From Thermoplasmata archaeon (GTDB lineage Archaea > Thermoplasmatota > Thermoplasmata > Thermoplasmatales > GCA-001856825), in the NCBI GenBank assembly GCA_021792255.1, contig JAJYUZ010000004.1:99468-163467 (forward strand): 64,000 nt of DNA, written 5' to 3'. The notes under the pieces were generated by a model, which saw nothing but the letters and a program-made list of their open reading frames with translations, was not told the origin of the DNA and ran no database searches. Positions 60,990 to 64,000 of the stretch are shown here, piece after piece (the first letter of the stretch is position 1; each line of letters begins with the position of its first letter). Made by a program: the position numbers and the translations under genes.

Positions 60990-62477
60990 GTAATTGGTCA
61001 GTTTAATGTGCACCTTAACCCGGATGTGGTTTGCCTCTTCTTATCATCCCAGGAACATCCCTGATGAAACTCTTCTTCCTGATCTTGGTAGTATAGAAGA
61101 TGGAATGCAATCTTGCATAGGTACTGGCACCGCGATCTGACCTCGACCCACCAGATGTCTTCCTGTATATGACTGCTGGCCTGAGTGCCCTCTCCGCCCT
61201 GTTATTTGTGGAATCAACACTTGGATCAACCACGAACCTGAACAGCCACTCTTTTCTCCTCTTAAGAAGTTTTTCAACGGACTTCCTTGAACGGAGGTGT
61301 TCGTAACCGGTATCGAGGAGGAATATAAGCCTGTCGTACAGGCGATCAACATCTTCAGATGTGCCATTTCCGTTGAACGATTTCGCCTTATTGTAGATTG
61401 ACTTCAGTGATTTCTTCATCCTCCTTCCCTCATTCCCATAAAACGATTCGAGTTCCCTTGCGTCTGATATTATGTGAGCCCAGCAGTACTTCTGATCGTT
61501 GTGCGTCTTTGATGCTAGCGTTTCGAATGCTGAAAACCTGTCGTGGACATCCGTTCCGTTGTGCTTTCCGAGTACTTTGAGTGCTACCTCGTGACTATTG
61601 CTCTCCGCCACAATGAATATCGCCTCCCCTTTAGTCACGAAAGTCCATAGATCGCAGTTCTCTCCGTCTATTCTGTATGACGTTGTGTCCATATTCCTTG
61701 ACGGAGCTTTCCTGATGGATTTCAGGAGACTTCTGTATTCATCTCCGAGTGCATCAGAGAGCTGGTACAGAATTTCCTGCACCTCCACTTCAGATATTTT
61801 AAGACCGAACACCTCTTTCATTGTAACTGAAACGTTCTCAAGGCTCATCCTCATTGCAATCCTGAAGTATGATGCAATGAGCATCGCCCTCAAGGACAAC
61901 CTGGTGTTGGGAAGTGCTTCCGGCATCTGTGGCTCATATGTCTTACCGCAATTCTTGCAGTACATCCTCTCTATTCTGTACTGCACAACCCTGGGACGTA
62001 TTTCAGGGATGTCCTCAATCACCCTCTTCCTGATGCCCTTCCTGACGAGAGGAGACGAGCACATAGGGCAGGTGAATTCTCCTGCCTTTAGAGTGACTCT
62101 TTCTGTTACTTTTGGAGTTCTCCTGAAGTGTCCCTTATGACCGAGCTGTGCTCCAGGGTTCTTGGTGCTCTTCTCCTTTTGGGAATGTTCCTCCATGATA
62201 AAGTACGCCTTCCCATTCTTCACTCCCACGGTGGAGGGATGCCGTTTCTTGTACTCTTCAATCTCCTTCTTGAGTCTCTCGTTCTCCTCCTTTATTTTCC
62301 TGATCTCATCACCGAGCTTCTTGTTCTAGTCAACAAGATAATCTACGATCTCCTGATCCCTTGGAGTCTCTGCGAGCAGTGCGATCATCTTGCTATTATA
62401 AAGTGGTAGTATTCATGATTTATGGTGATCAAACCCGGTAAATTACCACTGTCAAGCACAATCGGCTGACCTGTTAC
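60990..62477 (-). mobile_element. IS66-family insertion sequence (single-ORF, ISBst12-like)
   Basis: TIRs GTAATTGGTCAG... and ...CTGACCTGTTAC; 8-bp TSD AATAAGTA at 60982-60989 and 62478-62485. Confidence 0.92.
61015..62388 (-). pseudogene. IS66 transposase with an in-frame TAG at codon 21
   Basis: coiled coil, PGAQLGHKG, CPMC..CKNC, DTTS, CWAH, TNNRAERALRP; TAG at 62326-62328; reinitiation at GTG 62229 is possible. Confidence 0.8.
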
Positions 62478-62530
62478 AATAAGTAGAAGACTTTATGATT
62501 CAGATATTTTTATAGTTTCATCGATAAATA

Positions 62531-63259
62531 ATGCCTCTTATGATAATATGGAGAAAAATTGGAACCATCAATCAATTTAGAGTAGCACTGCATCAGCTTA
62601 TCGAAGCCAAGGGCGACGAACTGATATTAAGCTCAGGCTACGTCTCACATGGTTCTCAGTTTTCAGTTTACGACCAGTCAAATATACTCCCTTCTATGAA
62701 GGTTGCCATCGCAAATGGATTAAAAAATGTGACAATTAGAGCAGGCAAATTTAGAAGGTTTTCACAATCTACTCCCACCTCGTTGAACGCCTTACATCAT
62801 AACATAAATGGGAACAGCTCTTATCAGGAAAGGTACGAAGAGTTTCTTTATAATTTGATACCATTCTTGAAAAGTAATCTAACCAGCATCAACATTAATG
62901 CGTATATCCATAATAACTGGCATGCTAAGGTCGCAGTCAGAGCCGATCAAGGAAGACCTTTTGCTGCAATAATTGGGAGTAGTAATTTGACATCAACGGC
63001 GTATGGAGTATATCCGAACAACTACAACTGGGAATGCGATGTTCTAATTTGGAGAGCGGATTATCCAGTAATCAGGGAATTTAGCTTCAGTTACGATGAA
63101 AATAGAGAGGGAAAAGACGATAAAATCATTCACTTTGCATCGAAATCTGATTACTTTTATTTTGAATATCTTCCAGAAAGGGATGAGGAATCAAGATTGA
63201 TTGGCATATATAATGAAGTTAAAAATGCCGAAGGAGGTATAAGAACACCAACTGATTGA
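62531..63259 (+). CDS. PLD-family (NgoFVII/BfiI-like) nuclease
   Basis: SSGY, WHAKV...IIGSSNLT...N.ECDV single HxK domain. Confidence 0.8.
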   Translation: MPLMIIWRKIGTINQFRVALHQLIEAKGDELILSSGYVSHGSQFSVYDQSNILPSMKVAIANGLKNVTIRAGKFRRFSQSTPTSLNALHHNINGNSSYQERYEEFLYNLIPFLKSNLTSININAYIHNNWHAKVAVRADQGRPFAAIIGSSNLTSTAYGVYPNNYNWECDVLIWRADYPVIREFSFSYDENREGKDDKIIHFASKSDYFYFEYLPERDEESRLIGIYNEVKNAEGGIRTPTD

Positions 63260-63275
63260 TTTTTGTGCCTTCATA

Positions 63276-63456
63276 TATTAAATGTGCAACCTCGATCTTA
63301 TGTGCAAGATTGACTTTATGGGCAAAAACGACTATTTGTGCAAAGCCTGCAGACCGGGCTTTGCACCTAAAATCAGGGGTTTGTCGTCTTTTAGGTGCAC
63401 CTTTTATATTTTAGATGCAAGCTGTATTTTAGGTGCAGAGTTGATTATAAGTATAA
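63276..63456. repeat. junction: right end of element A, 9-bp duplication, left end of element B
   Basis: motifs at 63276, 63294, 63312, 63330 (18-bp period); TGCAGACCG 63348-63356; GGCTTTGCACCTAAAATC 63357-63374; motifs at 63387, 63407, 63425. Confidence 0.85.
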
Positions 63457-64000
63457 AACCTAATTGCACTGACCCTAATCTTCTACCGGAGCGGTGTATT
63501 GTTCTAGAAGTTGATTGGCCAAGAATGTGACAAACGCTCTGTTGTTACCTTTGTCAGCGACTTCTATTGCATCATAATAACGTTCCTTGTTTACAAACTC
63601 AATTATGACCGGCGGATACTTGTTCCTGAAAAGAACCCAATTCATAAGGAGCCTCGCAGTTCTCCCATTGCCATCTGTGAAAGGGTGTATATTGACAAAT
63701 CTGTTATGTAAGACTGAGGCAAGTTCCACAGGATGCAGTTTCTTCTTCTCTAGTCTAAAGTCGCTGAACAGGGTTTCGATCAGAGTTGGTATGTAAGCCG
63801 GATTAGGAGGAATATGCTCTGATCCCATTATGCGCACATCGCTGTCTCTGTACTCGCCTTGAATTCTGCAAGACGTATTCTTTGTGACTTCGTATTGAAC
63901 CTTACAAACAAACGATTTGTTCAGTCCATCTTTGTACGTTTTTATAAACTCCCAAGCATCTGCACTATTGAGGGTCTCAATAACATCATTCGTTCTTGCA
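63357..64000. mobile_element. left part of a second, related transposon (element B), running beyond the window
   Basis: TIR and subterminal motifs at the same offsets (+30, +50, +68) as the left end of element A. Confidence 0.75.
63475..63999 (-). CDS. Fic-domain protein (5' end outside the window)
   Basis: IHPFTDGNGRTARLL; frame stays open to the window edge. Confidence 0.93.
   Translation of the reverse strand, partial: ARTNDVIETLNSADAWEFIKTYKDGLNKSFVCKVQYEVTKNTSCRIQGEYRDSDVRIMGSEHIPPNPAYIPTLIETLFSDFRLEKKKLHPVELASVLHNRFVNIHPFTDGNGRTARLLMNWVLFRNKYPPVIIEFVNKERYYDAIEVADKGNNRAFVTFLANQLLEQYTAPVED

Larger units (their letters stand above)
48074..63347. mobile_element. 15.3-kb cargo-carrying DDE transposon (element A) with defence-type genes
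   Basis: TIRs GGCTTTGCACATAAAGTC (48074-48091) and GACTATTTGTGCAAAGCC (63330-63347), 16/18 match; TGCAGACCG duplicated at 48065-48073 and 63348-63356; internal DDE transposase. Confidence 0.85.

Noticed and set aside
48074-63347. Casposon, Tn7-like element or composite IS transposon
   Set aside because: No Cas1/PolB; no TnsABC/TniQ, TGT..ACA ends or 5-bp TSD; no IS copies at the two ends
63276-63456. Periodic repeats as a CRISPR array
   Set aside because: 14-bp degenerate motifs with 4-bp gaps, no unique 30-40-bp spacers and no cas genes; no CRISPR array seen anywhere in the window

Overview
Archaeal chromosome segment, most consistent with Thermoplasmata/Thermoplasmatales (prefoldin beta, zinc-ferredoxin, archaeal-type CCA-less tRNAs, TATA promoters, frequent GTG/TTG starts). 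1-6.9 kb: kdpABC, hot-dog dehydratase, M13 peptidase. 6.9-16 kb: accessory zone with a candidate type I hammerhead ribozyme in the 5' leader of a secreted repeat protein, a 2.2-kb tyrosine-integrase element in tRNA-Gly(GCC), tRNA-Arg(TCG) and several pseudogenes. 16-24 kb: housekeeping genes, tRNA-Val and an unexpected queA. 24-45 kb: anaerobic energy and Mo/W-cofactor cluster (AOR, FdhF with sulfhydrogenase beta/gamma-like subunits, Zn-ferredoxin, KorDABG-HdrA/MvhD-HdrD-EtfAB operon, moa/mob genes, ALDH). 45-48 kb: tRNA-Arg(CCG), MarR/MFS, tRNA-Ile. 48-64 kb holds the main finding: a 15.3-kb element (48074-63347) with 18-bp terminal inverted repeats, a 9-bp flanking duplication, 18-bp-periodic subterminal motif arrays, a DDE transposase and defence-type cargo (type IIG R-M, Gabija-like pair, paired HJR-like nucleases, Panacea-like/PIN pair, PLD nuclease, nested IS66). 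A second, related element with the same end geometry starts directly after the right-hand duplication, which suggests site-specific tandem accretion. All family assignments come from motif recognition by eye; no searches were run.
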